Positions 18,528 through 27,469 of a stretch of DNA of 64,000 nucleotides are shown here, piece after piece. The DNA lies in assembly GCF_021890735.1 (NCBI RefSeq), contig NZ_JAKKUR010000004.1, forward strand, positions 402 through 64,401, given 5' to 3'. The stretch comes from Thermanaeromonas sp. Its GTDB lineage: Bacteria; Bacillota; DSM-521; Neomoorellales; Neomoorellaceae. Positions within the stretch are counted from its first letter, which is position 1. Each line of letters begins with the position of its first letter. The notes below the pieces were generated by a model that worked only from the letters and a program-made list of their open reading frames with translations, did no database searches and was not told where the DNA came from. Both the position numbers and the translations under genes were made by a program.

Positions 18528-19838
18528 TTATCTTCTGAGGAGGGTATCGTTCTCCCGGTCCTGTAAAAAGATGGCGGTGTATTTCTTAATATCAGCCCGC
18601 CTGTAAAGATTTTCTCCTTCCTCCCTGCAGCGCTTGCAGGTTTTGCGGGGGAGAAAGACGGCCAAAATGTGCTCCCCGCGGTCGGAATAGGAATCTATAA
18701 AGGTGAGACCTGGGCATTCGTCACATACTAAAGTTGTTTCTTTCTGAAACTCTAACAAGCCTACCGTATCATAGTAGATGTGGCGCTGCCGCGTAACTTC
18801 TTTTTTTCCTCGTACAAGTCTCGCCCGGATGTCTTCGCGGTTTCGCCAGGCTGCGTAGGTCTCTTTACAAAGGCGGGCAATATATTCGCTGATTTCCTTC
18901 GGCTGGGAAACCCGGACGGAGCTATAATCGGGTTCACGCACGTAAGAATAATCCAACCCTGCTAGAGCCAGTATTATACCTACATTAACGTAAGGCAGCG
19001 CCCCCTCTATAGAGTAGCCCCCTTCCAAGACGGCAATATCCGGTTTTAAGAGTTCGTTCAGCCGCGCGTAACCCTGGGCTGAAAAACGCATATTTGTAAT
19101 GGGATCGGTGTAATGATTATCCTGCCCGGCAGAATTTATAATGAGGTCGGGCTTGAATTCTTCTAGGACGGGAAGGACTAGATTTTCGATAACGTAAAGG
19201 AAACCTTCTTCACCTGTTTCGGGCGGCAAGGGGATATTCAAGGTATACCCGCAGGCGTTAGGGCCGCCAAATTCATTTAAGAAACCTGTACCGGGGTAGA
19301 GGGTGCGCCCGTCCTGATGGAGGGATATGAACAAGGTGTCCCTGTAATGCCAGTAAATATCTTGAGTTCCGTCGCCGTGGTGGCAGTCGGTATCCACTAT
19401 GGCTACTTTTTTAGGACCGTATTTTTGGCGGATGTATTCTATCATTATGGCTTCATTGTTTATGTTACAGAAGCCCCTGTTAGCATATACGATACGGTGA
19501 GCGTGGTGGCCGGGAGGCCTGATTATCGCAAAGGCCCGCTCTACCTCCCCCTGGAGGACGGCTTCGGCAGCAGTCATGGCCCCGCCGGCGGCAATGAGGT
19601 CCGATTGGGTTACACGGCTTTCTAAATCGGGCACGCAGATATGCACGCGTTCCACATCCCGAGGGCTGGCTAGCTGGGGGCGGTATTCCACGATACCTTC
19701 AATGTCCAATATACCCTCTTCCCATATCTGATCTTGGGTGTAAAGAAGGCGCTCCTCGCGCTCTGGATGGGTAGGAGAGATGGCCCAATCATAGGCCGGG
19801 AAAAATACTAGACCAACGCGGCGGGGAGCTTTAAGCAT
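18528..19838 (-). CDS. Histone deacetylase-family Zn amidohydrolase with a Cys-rich C-terminal extension
   Basis: RPPGHHA, GFCNINN, DTDCHHGDGTQ, SAGQD, LEGGY; RBS AGGAGG. Confidence 0.9.
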   Translation of the reverse strand: MLKAPRRVGLVFFPAYDWAISPTHPEREERLLYTQDQIWEEGILDIEGIVEYRPQLASPRDVERVHICVPDLESRVTQSDLIAAGGAMTAAEAVLQGEVERAFAIIRPPGHHAHRIVYANRGFCNINNEAIMIEYIRQKYGPKKVAIVDTDCHHGDGTQDIYWHYRDTLFISLHQDGRTLYPGTGFLNEFGGPNACGYTLNIPLPPETGEEGFLYVIENLVLPVLEEFKPDLIINSAGQDNHYTDPITNMRFSAQGYARLNELLKPDIAVLEGGYSIEGALPYVNVGIILALAGLDYSYVREPDYSSVRVSQPKEISEYIARLCKETYAAWRNREDIRARLVRGKKEVTRQRHIYYDTVGLLEFQKETTLVCDECPGLTFIDSYSDRGEHILAVFLPRKTCKRCREEGENLYRRADIKKYTAIFLQDRENDTLLRR

Positions 19839-19891
19839 CGTGTTTATTCCTCCTTAGGAGGCCTTTTTAATGCGCTTGCTTTGGGTGTATG

Positions 19892-21586
19892 TTAGACTGG
19901 ACTAGGTCCTTTAAGGTCTGTGGTAAGGGAGCCCACCAGGCTCATCGGTAATGGTTTATTTTGAACTTTAAGCCGTATATTTTTGCCCACGGTATTAAAC
20001 CCCCTTACCACATTGAAGACTTGCTCCTCTATCACTTCGAGTTCAGGCTCCGGCTCCGTGTAGCCTATCTCCTTAAGCCGCCTTCTTAAAAACTGAAAGG
20101 CCAGGACCTTTGCCTTCTCTACGGTAAAGTGCGCAGGAATACTTTCCTCCCACCCTATCTCGGGGATAAGAACTCTACGTTGTTGAGTATCAGCAAAGAC
20201 GGTGAGGCTGGCTGTCGGACGGCTTAAGGCCGCACCTATAGCATTGGCTACTCCGGCAAGCTCAGGAACTTCTACTGAAATCCCTAATGCTTTAGACAGA
20301 AAAGGCTTAAAGAAGCGTGCAGGTGTCCCGACCACTATGGCCTTGGCAGGCTGTAGTTTGCGCCCCATTAAAATTTCCCTTAGTGTGTAGACAGGCTTTT
20401 GGTTAAGCTGGTGAACAAGGTCGCCTACTACCTGAGCTATTCGTTTTGTGAATTCGCTTAGTACAGCTTCTGCAGCAGAATCTATGGATAGGTTAAGGCT
20501 ATTGGCTACACTCTTTAAGGCCTTACGCGATAGTTCAGCATTCCCAAGGTGAAGAAGACCCAGAACTACTAGGGCATCCGTGGGTGTAGGTGCAGGTCCT
20601 CCTAGACAAGCCGGAGGGCCTAATCGTTCCGGACCTATATACAACTGCCCTTCCTTCACTTGAATGCAGCTGTCGCCCCCCAAACCTACAGAATAGGCCA
20701 GGAGGGAGCGAACCAGGGTGAGGTGTGGGCCTATTTTGATGCCCTGGGGCTCCAGTAAAGGTAAGCCTTCCATACAGAAGGATATATCTGTGGTAGTGCC
20801 TCCTATGTCTAATATCACGGCATCTTCTTCAGTAGGAAGCAGGGCGAGCGCTCCCATTATACTGGCTGCCGGGCCGGAAAGAATAGTTTCTACGGGGACA
20901 TTTTTAGCTACGGAGAGGGCCAGCGTACCTCCGTCGGCTTTAAGTATAAAAGGCTCTGTGACTAAACCTTTCTTGGCCAGATAGGCTTGTACAGCATCAG
21001 CAAACCGGCTAAAGACGCGCCAAACAGCGCTGTTTAAATAAGCGGTGTAGACGCGCCTCGGGAAGCCTAGCCGTCCAGACAGGCGATGTCCTAAGGTGAC
21101 GAAATCATAATCTCCTTCCAAGAAACGGGCTATACGTAGCTCATGAGTGGGGTTACGGGTGGAAAATTTACCAACAACAGCCAGTGAACGTAAACCCGTA
21201 GCCCTGAGCTGTTGTTTAACCCAGTTTAATTCTTGCTCGTTTAATGGGGAGGTTTCACGTCCTCGGTGATCTATGCTACCTTGGATAATAAAATTAAGCT
21301 GGCCGCATTGCAAAAAGGACGGATTAAGCCCTGGACCTGGTACTATTATCAAACCTACGGGCTCCGTTTTACCTTCGACAATGGCATTGGTGCATACTGT
21401 AGTACTTAAGTTTACCCTATCTATCCCCGAAGTATGGATGCCGTCTAACAGCTCTTCTAAAGCCTCTTCTATGGAAGCTAAAAAGTCGTGACGGGTCGGC
21501 TTTTTTACGTAACGCAATACACCATCTTGCGGAGATACGAGCACGGCATCAGTGTGGGTGCCTCCCATATCCAGGCCGACGAACAT
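19892..21586 (-). CDS. Hydantoinase A/oxoprolinase-family ASKHA ATPase
   Basis: GLDMGGTHTD, LSGPAAS, LDIGGTTTD, GLGGDS, PTPTDA, ANAIGAA. Confidence 0.88.
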   Translation of the reverse strand: MFVGLDMGGTHTDAVLVSPQDGVLRYVKKPTRHDFLASIEEALEELLDGIHTSGIDRVNLSTTVCTNAIVEGKTEPVGLIIVPGPGLNPSFLQCGQLNFIIQGSIDHRGRETSPLNEQELNWVKQQLRATGLRSLAVVGKFSTRNPTHELRIARFLEGDYDFVTLGHRLSGRLGFPRRVYTAYLNSAVWRVFSRFADAVQAYLAKKGLVTEPFILKADGGTLALSVAKNVPVETILSGPAASIMGALALLPTEEDAVILDIGGTTTDISFCMEGLPLLEPQGIKIGPHLTLVRSLLAYSVGLGGDSCIQVKEGQLYIGPERLGPPACLGGPAPTPTDALVVLGLLHLGNAELSRKALKSVANSLNLSIDSAAEAVLSEFTKRIAQVVGDLVHQLNQKPVYTLREILMGRKLQPAKAIVVGTPARFFKPFLSKALGISVEVPELAGVANAIGAALSRPTASLTVFADTQQRRVLIPEIGWEESIPAHFTVEKAKVLAFQFLRRRLKEIGYTEPEPELEVIEEQVFNVVRGFNTVGKNIRLKVQNKPLPMSLVGSLTTDLKGPSPV

Positions 21587-21606
21587 GATTTTTTTCCTCC
21601 CAGTCT

Positions 21607-21636
21607 ATTTTACTTCTTAGGGAGAAAAGGTGGCAA
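21607..21636 (-). promoter_or_regulatory. sigmaA promoter of the hydantoinase-HDAC operon
   Basis: Minus strand TTGCCA-18 nt-TAAAAT. Confidence 0.6.
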
Positions 21637-21663
21637 GGGTTGGGCAACCGGACTGGCTGGGGC

Positions 21664-21692
21664 TAGGCAGTGGGGACGGGATCACGTATAAT
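21664..21692 (+). promoter_or_regulatory. sigmaA promoter of icd
   Basis: TAGGCA-17 nt-TATAAT. Confidence 0.5.
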
Positions 21693-21733
21693 TAGGGGAG
21701 GTAAATTCGCATACAGATGGGGGTGGCTTAGTT

Positions 21734-22741
21734 TTGCAGCACAAGGTGACTCTGATCCCGGGAGATGGGATTGGGCCGGAGGTTGTTTCTGCGGCTCGGC
21801 GGGTACTGGAGGCAAGCGGCGTAAACTTAGAGTGGGAAGTAGTAGAAGCCGGAGAGACGGCCCTTAAAAAGTGTGGAGAGGTATTGCCTCAGGAGGTAAT
21901 TGAATCTATACGACGTAACAAAGTAGCCCTGAAAGGTCCTATTACTACACCGGTGGGCACGGGTTTCCGAAGTGTAAACGTAGCCTTGCGCCAGGAGCTT
22001 GAACTCTATGCCAACGTCCGTCCTTTTCGTAATTGGCCCAACGTCCCTTCCAGGTACCAAGGAGTGGACCTGGTAATATTCCGCGAAAACACGGAGGATC
22101 TTTACGCGGGCATAGAACATATGGTAGGCGAGGATGCTGCGGAAAGCATAAAAATTATAACTCGCAAGGGTTCGCAAAGAATAGCTAGAGCTGCCTTCGA
22201 ATATGCCCGGAAGAACGGGCGCCGCCGGGTTACGGCCGGGCATAAGGCGAATATAATGAAACTTACAGACGGGCTTTTCCTCCGCTGTTTTTATGAAATA
22301 GCCCAGGAGTATCCGGAAATAGAAGCTGACGACCGTATTATTGATAACTTAGCTTTACAGCTTGTACAGAAACCCGAACAGTACGATGTGCTGGTGCTTC
22401 CCAACCTTTACGGAGATATACTTTCGGATCTCTGTGCCGGACTTGTTGGCGGCCTGGGCGTGGCTCCGGGGGCTAACTTAGGGGAGGATGTGGCGGTGTT
22501 TGAGCCCATCCACGGTAGCGCTCCCAAGTACGCAGGTCAAAACAAGGTCAACCCCCTGGCCACTATTCTTTCCGGTGTAATGATGCTGGAATATCTAGGG
22601 GAAAAAGAAGCAGCCGAGCGCATACGCCAAGCTATCGTTCAAGTTTTACAGGATGGGCGGTACCTTACCTACGATCTAGGTGGAAACGCAAGCACTCAGG
22701 AGATGGCAGACGCCATTGTAAAACAGCTAACCTCGATGTAG
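21734..22741 (+). CDS. icd: Isocitrate dehydrogenase (small NAD-type; isocitrate/isopropylmalate dehydrogenase family)
   Basis: [51 protein letters not shown]; substrate inferred from the T..S..N..R pattern. Confidence 0.75.
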   Translation: MQHKVTLIPGDGIGPEVVSAARRVLEASGVNLEWEVVEAGETALKKCGEVLPQEVIESIRRNKVALKGPITTPVGTGFRSVNVALRQELELYANVRPFRNWPNVPSRYQGVDLVIFRENTEDLYAGIEHMVGEDAAESIKIITRKGSQRIARAAFEYARKNGRRRVTAGHKANIMKLTDGLFLRCFYEIAQEYPEIEADDRIIDNLALQLVQKPEQYDVLVLPNLYGDILSDLCAGLVGGLGVAPGANLGEDVAVFEPIHGSAPKYAGQNKVNPLATILSGVMMLEYLGEKEAAERIRQAIVQVLQDGRYLTYDLGGNASTQEMADAIVKQLTSM

Positions 22742-22777
22742 TAAAAGGCAAGGAGACCGAAAGGGCGAGAAACAAAG

Positions 22778-23458
22778 ATGGCTCTTTACGCCCTTGGAGA
22801 CCTTCACCTAGGGAAGGATATGTCCATTTTTGGACCGGAATGGGAAGATCACGAGCAGAGGATTGTAGAAGAATGGGAAAAACGGGTTGGGCCGGAAGAC
22901 ACCGTGTACTTGCTCGGCGATCTCAGTTGGGCTATGAAACTGGAAGAGGCTTTGCCTCATTTAAGATTAATAAAGAGCCTGCCCGGACGAAAGAGGCTGC
23001 TTAAGGGTAATCACGATTATTGGTGGCAGACAGAGAAAAAAATGCGGGCCGCTATCCTTGACGAGGAGTTCTCCCTTCTTAAACCAGAAGTGGTAGAGGG
23101 CATGGCTATTTGCGGGACCCGGGGCTGGCTAGTTCCGGAGCACCCTCTATTTAACCATGAGACCGATGAAAGGGTTTATCGCCGCGAGCTTATAAGGTTG
23201 GAGCGTGCTCTAACGGAGTTGCTCCGTATTCGCCGGCAGGGGGAGCCTATCGTTGTAATGCTCCATTTCCCGCCGGCCCTTTCCGGGGGAATGACCGGTT
23301 TCGTAGAGATTATGCTAAAGTACGGTGTAAGCCGGTGCTATTACGCTCATCTTCACGGACCGGACCGGCGGAAGGCCCTAGAAGGTTCTCATTGGGGGAT
23401 TGAATTTCATTTGGTGTCCGGTGACCATGTCGCCTTTCGCCCGGTGCCAGTTACTTAA
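22778..23458 (+). CDS. Calcineurin-like metallophosphoesterase
   Basis: GDLH, LGD, GNHDYW, HFPP, AHLH motifs. Confidence 0.88.
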   Translation: MALYALGDLHLGKDMSIFGPEWEDHEQRIVEEWEKRVGPEDTVYLLGDLSWAMKLEEALPHLRLIKSLPGRKRLLKGNHDYWWQTEKKMRAAILDEEFSLLKPEVVEGMAICGTRGWLVPEHPLFNHETDERVYRRELIRLERALTELLRIRRQGEPIVVMLHFPPALSGGMTGFVEIMLKYGVSRCYYAHLHGPDRRKALEGSHWGIEFHLVSGDHVAFRPVPVT

Positions 23459-23470
23459 GCGTACTGCAAT

Positions 23471-23504
23471 TAAAAGAGGTCCCTTGAAGGAGGGACCTCT
23501 TTTA
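23471..23504. terminator. Bidirectional intrinsic terminator between convergent genes
   Basis: Perfect 14-bp stem TAAAAGAGGTCCCT/AGGGACCTCTTTTA with a T-run on each strand. Confidence 0.85.
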
Positions 23505-24026
23505 ACTAGGGCGATCGAAATAGATATTTTTGCCGGTGGCCGAGAGGGGAATACCTACAGCTACTTCCGCATCTATCAATTTCAGGCGCCGTGCTACAAC
23601 TCCTATACGGTACATGATGCGGTTGTCTACATTTAAGATGCTGGCCGTTTTAACGGCCGAACCTATGGCTATACCTAAGTCTAAAAGCCGCCATGCACAT
23701 AATGGGCCTGCAAACTCAGGTCCTTCTTTAAGTTCATCAAGTTCGGCGCAGCGTGAGGCTCCGCAGGCTCCACAGTCAAGGCTGGCCTTTTGGGCATTTT
23801 TTAGTCCTATAAGGAGGACGGCTGCAGAGCGCCGTACGTTGTCACCGTCCCGGTCAAAGTTTTTGCGGCCTGTTTGGCGACCGTACTCTACCATGGCATC
23901 GGCTAGTTTATCCAGATCTTTACCTTCTAGTATCTCTAGGACAACGAAATCTTTGCCCGCCGCCTTGGGGGCCGTACGGGCGGCTAAAGCCATGAGTTCA
24001 GCGGCTGTACGTAGAATATTGGACAT
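23502..24026 (-). CDS. DUF2148-like ferredoxin-domain / nitroreductase-like protein
   Basis: ARTAPKAAGKD, DCGACG..RC, GPLC...DLGIAIGSA, DNRIMYRIG; RBS AGGAGG. Confidence 0.75.
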   Translation of the reverse strand: MSNILRTAAELMALAARTAPKAAGKDFVVLEILEGKDLDKLADAMVEYGRQTGRKNFDRDGDNVRRSAAVLLIGLKNAQKASLDCGACGASRCAELDELKEGPEFAGPLCAWRLLDLGIAIGSAVKTASILNVDNRIMYRIGVVARRLKLIDAEVAVGIPLSATGKNIYFDRPS

Positions 24027-24072
24027 GGACCCGCCTCCTTTTTTGAAATGGTTTAAACGGTTTTTTAGAAGG

Positions 24073-24102
24073 TTTTTCGACAGCGGTTTGCGAAAATCCT
24101 CT
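24073..24102 (-). promoter_or_regulatory. sigmaH-like promoter of the DUF2148-like gene
   Basis: Minus strand AGAGGATTT-12 nt-GTCGAAAAA (GAAA instead of GAAT). Confidence 0.45.
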
Positions 24103-24120
24103 ACGCGGACCTAATGGTTC

Positions 24121-24129
24121 TGGTATAAT
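24121..24129 (+). promoter_or_regulatory. Extended -10 sigmaA element upstream of the MBL hydrolase
   Basis: TGgTATAAT; the -35 element is weak. Confidence 0.5.
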
Positions 24130-24159
24130 TATCCTCGTAGAAAAGGGGCCTTAAGTGCT

Positions 24160-25731
24160 ATGAGCGTTTTTCTGACCTTCTACGATGGAGTGGATAGTAT
24201 AGGAGGTAACAAGATACTCTTAGAAGATAACGGTACAGCCGTATTGCTTGATTTTGGAACTAACTTTAAAGTTGAAGGCATGTACTTTGATGAATATCTT
24301 TTCCCGCGCCTCATTTTCGGCTTCGCCGATCTCCTGGCCTTAGGGATCCTGCCGCCCTTGCAAGGAGCGTATCGTCCGGATTTAGAGTACCCGGGTATTT
24401 GGGAAAAATTCAGCTCACATCCGGCTTATAGAAAAATAGAGATTCAAGGGGTACTTGTCTCCCATGCCCACTGGGACCACTGCGGGTATCTTCCCTATAT
24501 AAGGGCAGACATTCCTATTTATACCAGCTTAACCTCCAGCCTGATTTTAAAAGCTCTCCAAGATACAAGTAGTAGCGGTAGGCTGCAAGAGGTATGTTTT
24601 ATTACTCCGCGCGAGCTCAAAGACGGTCTCCTCAGGGCCACAGATTACCGCCGGGTTCCCGGGAAGCAGAGGCCCTTCGTAGTGTGGGAAAGGCAGGGAT
24701 TGCCGGATGCTGCTCAAGCTTTTTGGTCGCGCTGCGAAGGTTCACGTAAGCTGGTAAGTTGTCCTTTAAAAAGTTGGGCGGAACAGGCGGAAGTAGGGGG
24801 GATAGGATTACGCTTTTGGCCCGTGGATCATTCCATACCCGGGGCGGGGGCCTTCGGGCTAAAAACTTCCGCAGGCTGGATTATCTATACTGGGGATTTT
24901 CGTTTACATGGTAAGCAGGGGGAATTGAGCCGGAAGTTTATCCAGGAAGCAGCAAATTTAAAACCGGTAGTGCTGATCTGCGAAGGAACCCATCCGGCCA
25001 CTGAAAGACCCGTTACGGAAGAAGAAGTGTTAAATAATTGCCGTAAAGTAATACCCCGGGGTTCTACTTTGGTGGTGGCAGATTTCGGCCCTCGTAATAT
25101 AGAGCGGTTGCTCTCATTTTTACAAATAGCTAGAGAAAAAGGGAGGCAGTTGGTTCTTACACCTAAGGATATACACCTTTTGGAAGCGTTATTCGTCAGT
25201 GGGGAACCCGGTATACCCGACCCGTATGGTGAACATGATATCGTCTTGTATGTTAGGCCTAAAGCTCAGCGCACAAGGTGGGAGGAGAACGTGCTGGATA
25301 GGTTCCGTAAGAAAGCCCAGGGGCGCATGGTAGAGGCAAAGGATATCCGGCGGGATCCTGGTAGTTACATACTTTGTTTTTCATATTATGATTTTCATGC
25401 TTTATTGGACCTGGAAGTCCGCCGAGGTATCTATATTTATTCATCCAGTGAGGCTTTTGATGAAGAGATGCTCATTGACCAGGAACGGATTAAGAATTGG
25501 ATCGATTTTTTCGGTTTCGAACTGTACGGGAATCTAGGAAGAGAGCGGGAAAAATCAGGTTTTCACGCGAGCGGTCATGTCCACGGGCCGGGGCTAGAAG
25601 AGATAGTGGAAACGATCCGGCCCGAAGTACTCATACCTGTCCATACAGAAGATAAAGGTTTCTTCCAGAGGTTTAAAAGTATGTGCCGGGTCGTTTTTCC
25701 CAGTAAAGGCCAAGCCTTAGCTATAGGTTAA
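24160..25731 (+). CDS. MBL-fold / beta-CASP hydrolase (RNase J-like)
   Basis: DFG, SHAHWDH, HSIPG, YTGDFRLHG, CEGT, ASGH, PVH motifs. Confidence 0.8.
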   Translation: MSVFLTFYDGVDSIGGNKILLEDNGTAVLLDFGTNFKVEGMYFDEYLFPRLIFGFADLLALGILPPLQGAYRPDLEYPGIWEKFSSHPAYRKIEIQGVLVSHAHWDHCGYLPYIRADIPIYTSLTSSLILKALQDTSSSGRLQEVCFITPRELKDGLLRATDYRRVPGKQRPFVVWERQGLPDAAQAFWSRCEGSRKLVSCPLKSWAEQAEVGGIGLRFWPVDHSIPGAGAFGLKTSAGWIIYTGDFRLHGKQGELSRKFIQEAANLKPVVLICEGTHPATERPVTEEEVLNNCRKVIPRGSTLVVADFGPRNIERLLSFLQIAREKGRQLVLTPKDIHLLEALFVSGEPGIPDPYGEHDIVLYVRPKAQRTRWEENVLDRFRKKAQGRMVEAKDIRRDPGSYILCFSYYDFHALLDLEVRRGIYIYSSSEAFDEEMLIDQERIKNWIDFFGFELYGNLGREREKSGFHASGHVHGPGLEEIVETIRPEVLIPVHTEDKGFFQRFKSMCRVVFPSKGQALAIG

Positions 25732-25775
25732 GTGAGAGCGTCGTTTGGGTAAGGCTTAAGTTTCTGATAGAAAAA

Positions 25776-25804
25776 GCAGGAAGTACTTTGTCTTTGGCGA
25801 ATAG
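25776..25804 (+). promoter_or_regulatory. sigmaH-type promoter upstream of comM
   Basis: GCAGGAAGT-11 nt-GGCGAATAG. Confidence 0.6.
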
Positions 25805-25839
25805 CAGTGTCTAAGGAGAAACTACCAGGGGGTTTGCAG

Positions 25840-27360
25840 GTGTTAGCTATTGTTAATTCTGTGGTATTGCTCGGCTTGGAGGGCCACCAGGTAAGGGTTG
25901 AAGTAGATATAAGTAACGGTTTACCGTTATTTGCTATAGTAGGACTTCCGGACACCTCGGTAAAGGAGGCCAGGGAGAGGGTAAGGGCAGCTATTAAAAA
26001 TAGCGGTTTTGAATTTCCTTTGCGGCGGATAACTGTAAATCTTGCTCCTGCGGATGTAAAGAAAGAGGGGCCTATCTATGATTTACCCATAGCCGTAGGA
26101 GTCTTAGCGGCTTCGGGACAGCTTCAGGGGGGTCACTTGCCTGACAACCTCTTCATGGTAGGCGAACTTTCTTTAGAAGGTAGTTTGCGGCCCGTACCAG
26201 GTGCTTTACCCATGGCTTTAGCCTTACAGGAATCACACCCGGGTTCTACCCTGATTGTACCGGCGGGTAATGCTCAAGCTGCAGCTTTGGCTACTGGTAT
26301 CCGTGTCCTGGCTGCTAGTAGTCTTTCCCAGGTGCTGGAGTTTCTTAAAGGACATGAAGAGTTACCCCGCGTATTACCGGAGCAGGGGCTTAATTTTTCT
26401 GAACCTAAAGCAGCGGTAGATTTAGCTGATATCAAGGGACAAGACCAGGCTAAGCGAGCCTTGGAGATTGCGGCTGCAGGAGGGCATAATATTCTTCTTA
26501 TAGGTCCTCCAGGAACAGGTAAGACAATGCTGGCCCGCAGCTTAGCGGGATTGTTACCTGCACTTACTTATGAGGAAGCACTGGAGATTACTAAAATTTA
26601 CAGCGCGGCCGGTTTGTTACCTGCAGGCCAGGGCTTGATAAGGGAGCGGCCTTTCCGCTCACCACATCACACTGCTACATTGGCGAGCATGGTAGGGGGT
26701 GGACGGATACCGCGGCCCGGGGAGGTCAGCCTGGCTAGCAACGGTATCCTTTTTCTGGATGAAATAGTTGAATTTCGCCGGGAAGTGCTGGAAGCTCTAC
26801 GCCAGCCCTTAGAGGAACGGGTTGTTACTGTAGCTCGGGCTCAAGCAGCCGTCACTTACCCGGCTAACTTTTTGTTGGTCGGGAGTATGAATCCTTGCCC
26901 GTGCGGCTATTTAGGGGATGCGGTAAGATCCTGCCAGTGTACTCAATACCAAGTAGCGCAATACCGTAAACGCTTATCCGGACCTTTACTGGATAGAATA
27001 GATTTGGTAGTAGAGGTACCCCGGCTGGAGTATCGGCAAGTAGAGAGGGTTCAGCCTGGGGAGACTTCCAAACAGGTCAGGGAAAGGATAGAAAGGGCGC
27101 GCGGAAAGCAAAGAGAGAGGCTGGCCGGGGAAGGATTACGATGTAACGCAGAGATGCAAGGTCCCCAGGTAAGAAGATACTGCCTGCTTTCTCCCCCTGC
27201 CAGGAAACTTTTGCAAAGTGCTTATAACAGGCTAGCCCTTTCTTTACGGGCTTATGACCGGGTGTTAAAGGTAGCCCGGACCATAGCCGATCTAGAAGGG
27301 GCTGACGAGATAAAAGAACAACATTTGGCAGAAGCCTTGCAATATCGCCTCGTTTTTTAA
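25840..27360 (+). CDS. comM: ComM/YifB Mg-chelatase-like AAA+ helicase
   Basis: VGLPDTSVKEARERVRAAIKNSG, GPPGTGKT, RPFRSPHH, MNPCPCG, SGPLLDRID; GTG at 25840. Confidence 0.93.
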   Translation: MLAIVNSVVLLGLEGHQVRVEVDISNGLPLFAIVGLPDTSVKEARERVRAAIKNSGFEFPLRRITVNLAPADVKKEGPIYDLPIAVGVLAASGQLQGGHLPDNLFMVGELSLEGSLRPVPGALPMALALQESHPGSTLIVPAGNAQAAALATGIRVLAASSLSQVLEFLKGHEELPRVLPEQGLNFSEPKAAVDLADIKGQDQAKRALEIAAAGGHNILLIGPPGTGKTMLARSLAGLLPALTYEEALEITKIYSAAGLLPAGQGLIRERPFRSPHHTATLASMVGGGRIPRPGEVSLASNGILFLDEIVEFRREVLEALRQPLEERVVTVARAQAAVTYPANFLLVGSMNPCPCGYLGDAVRSCQCTQYQVAQYRKRLSGPLLDRIDLVVEVPRLEYRQVERVQPGETSKQVRERIERARGKQRERLAGEGLRCNAEMQGPQVRRYCLLSPPARKLLQSAYNRLALSLRAYDRVLKVARTIADLEGADEIKEQHLAEALQYRLVF

Positions 27361-27469
27361 GTTGAATTTTAAGGTTAAACGGTAACGGTTAAGGAAAAAC
27401 TGGAGGGCGTGCGGGTATAGAACAACGTGTTTAGGTTGGAGGTTCTTCCCAAAGGGGCAGGTAAAGCAG

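Noticed and set aside
23530-24114. 194 aa plus-strand ORF
   Set aside because: Antisense shadow of the DUF2148-like gene; Ser/Arg/Ala-rich, with no RBS or motifs
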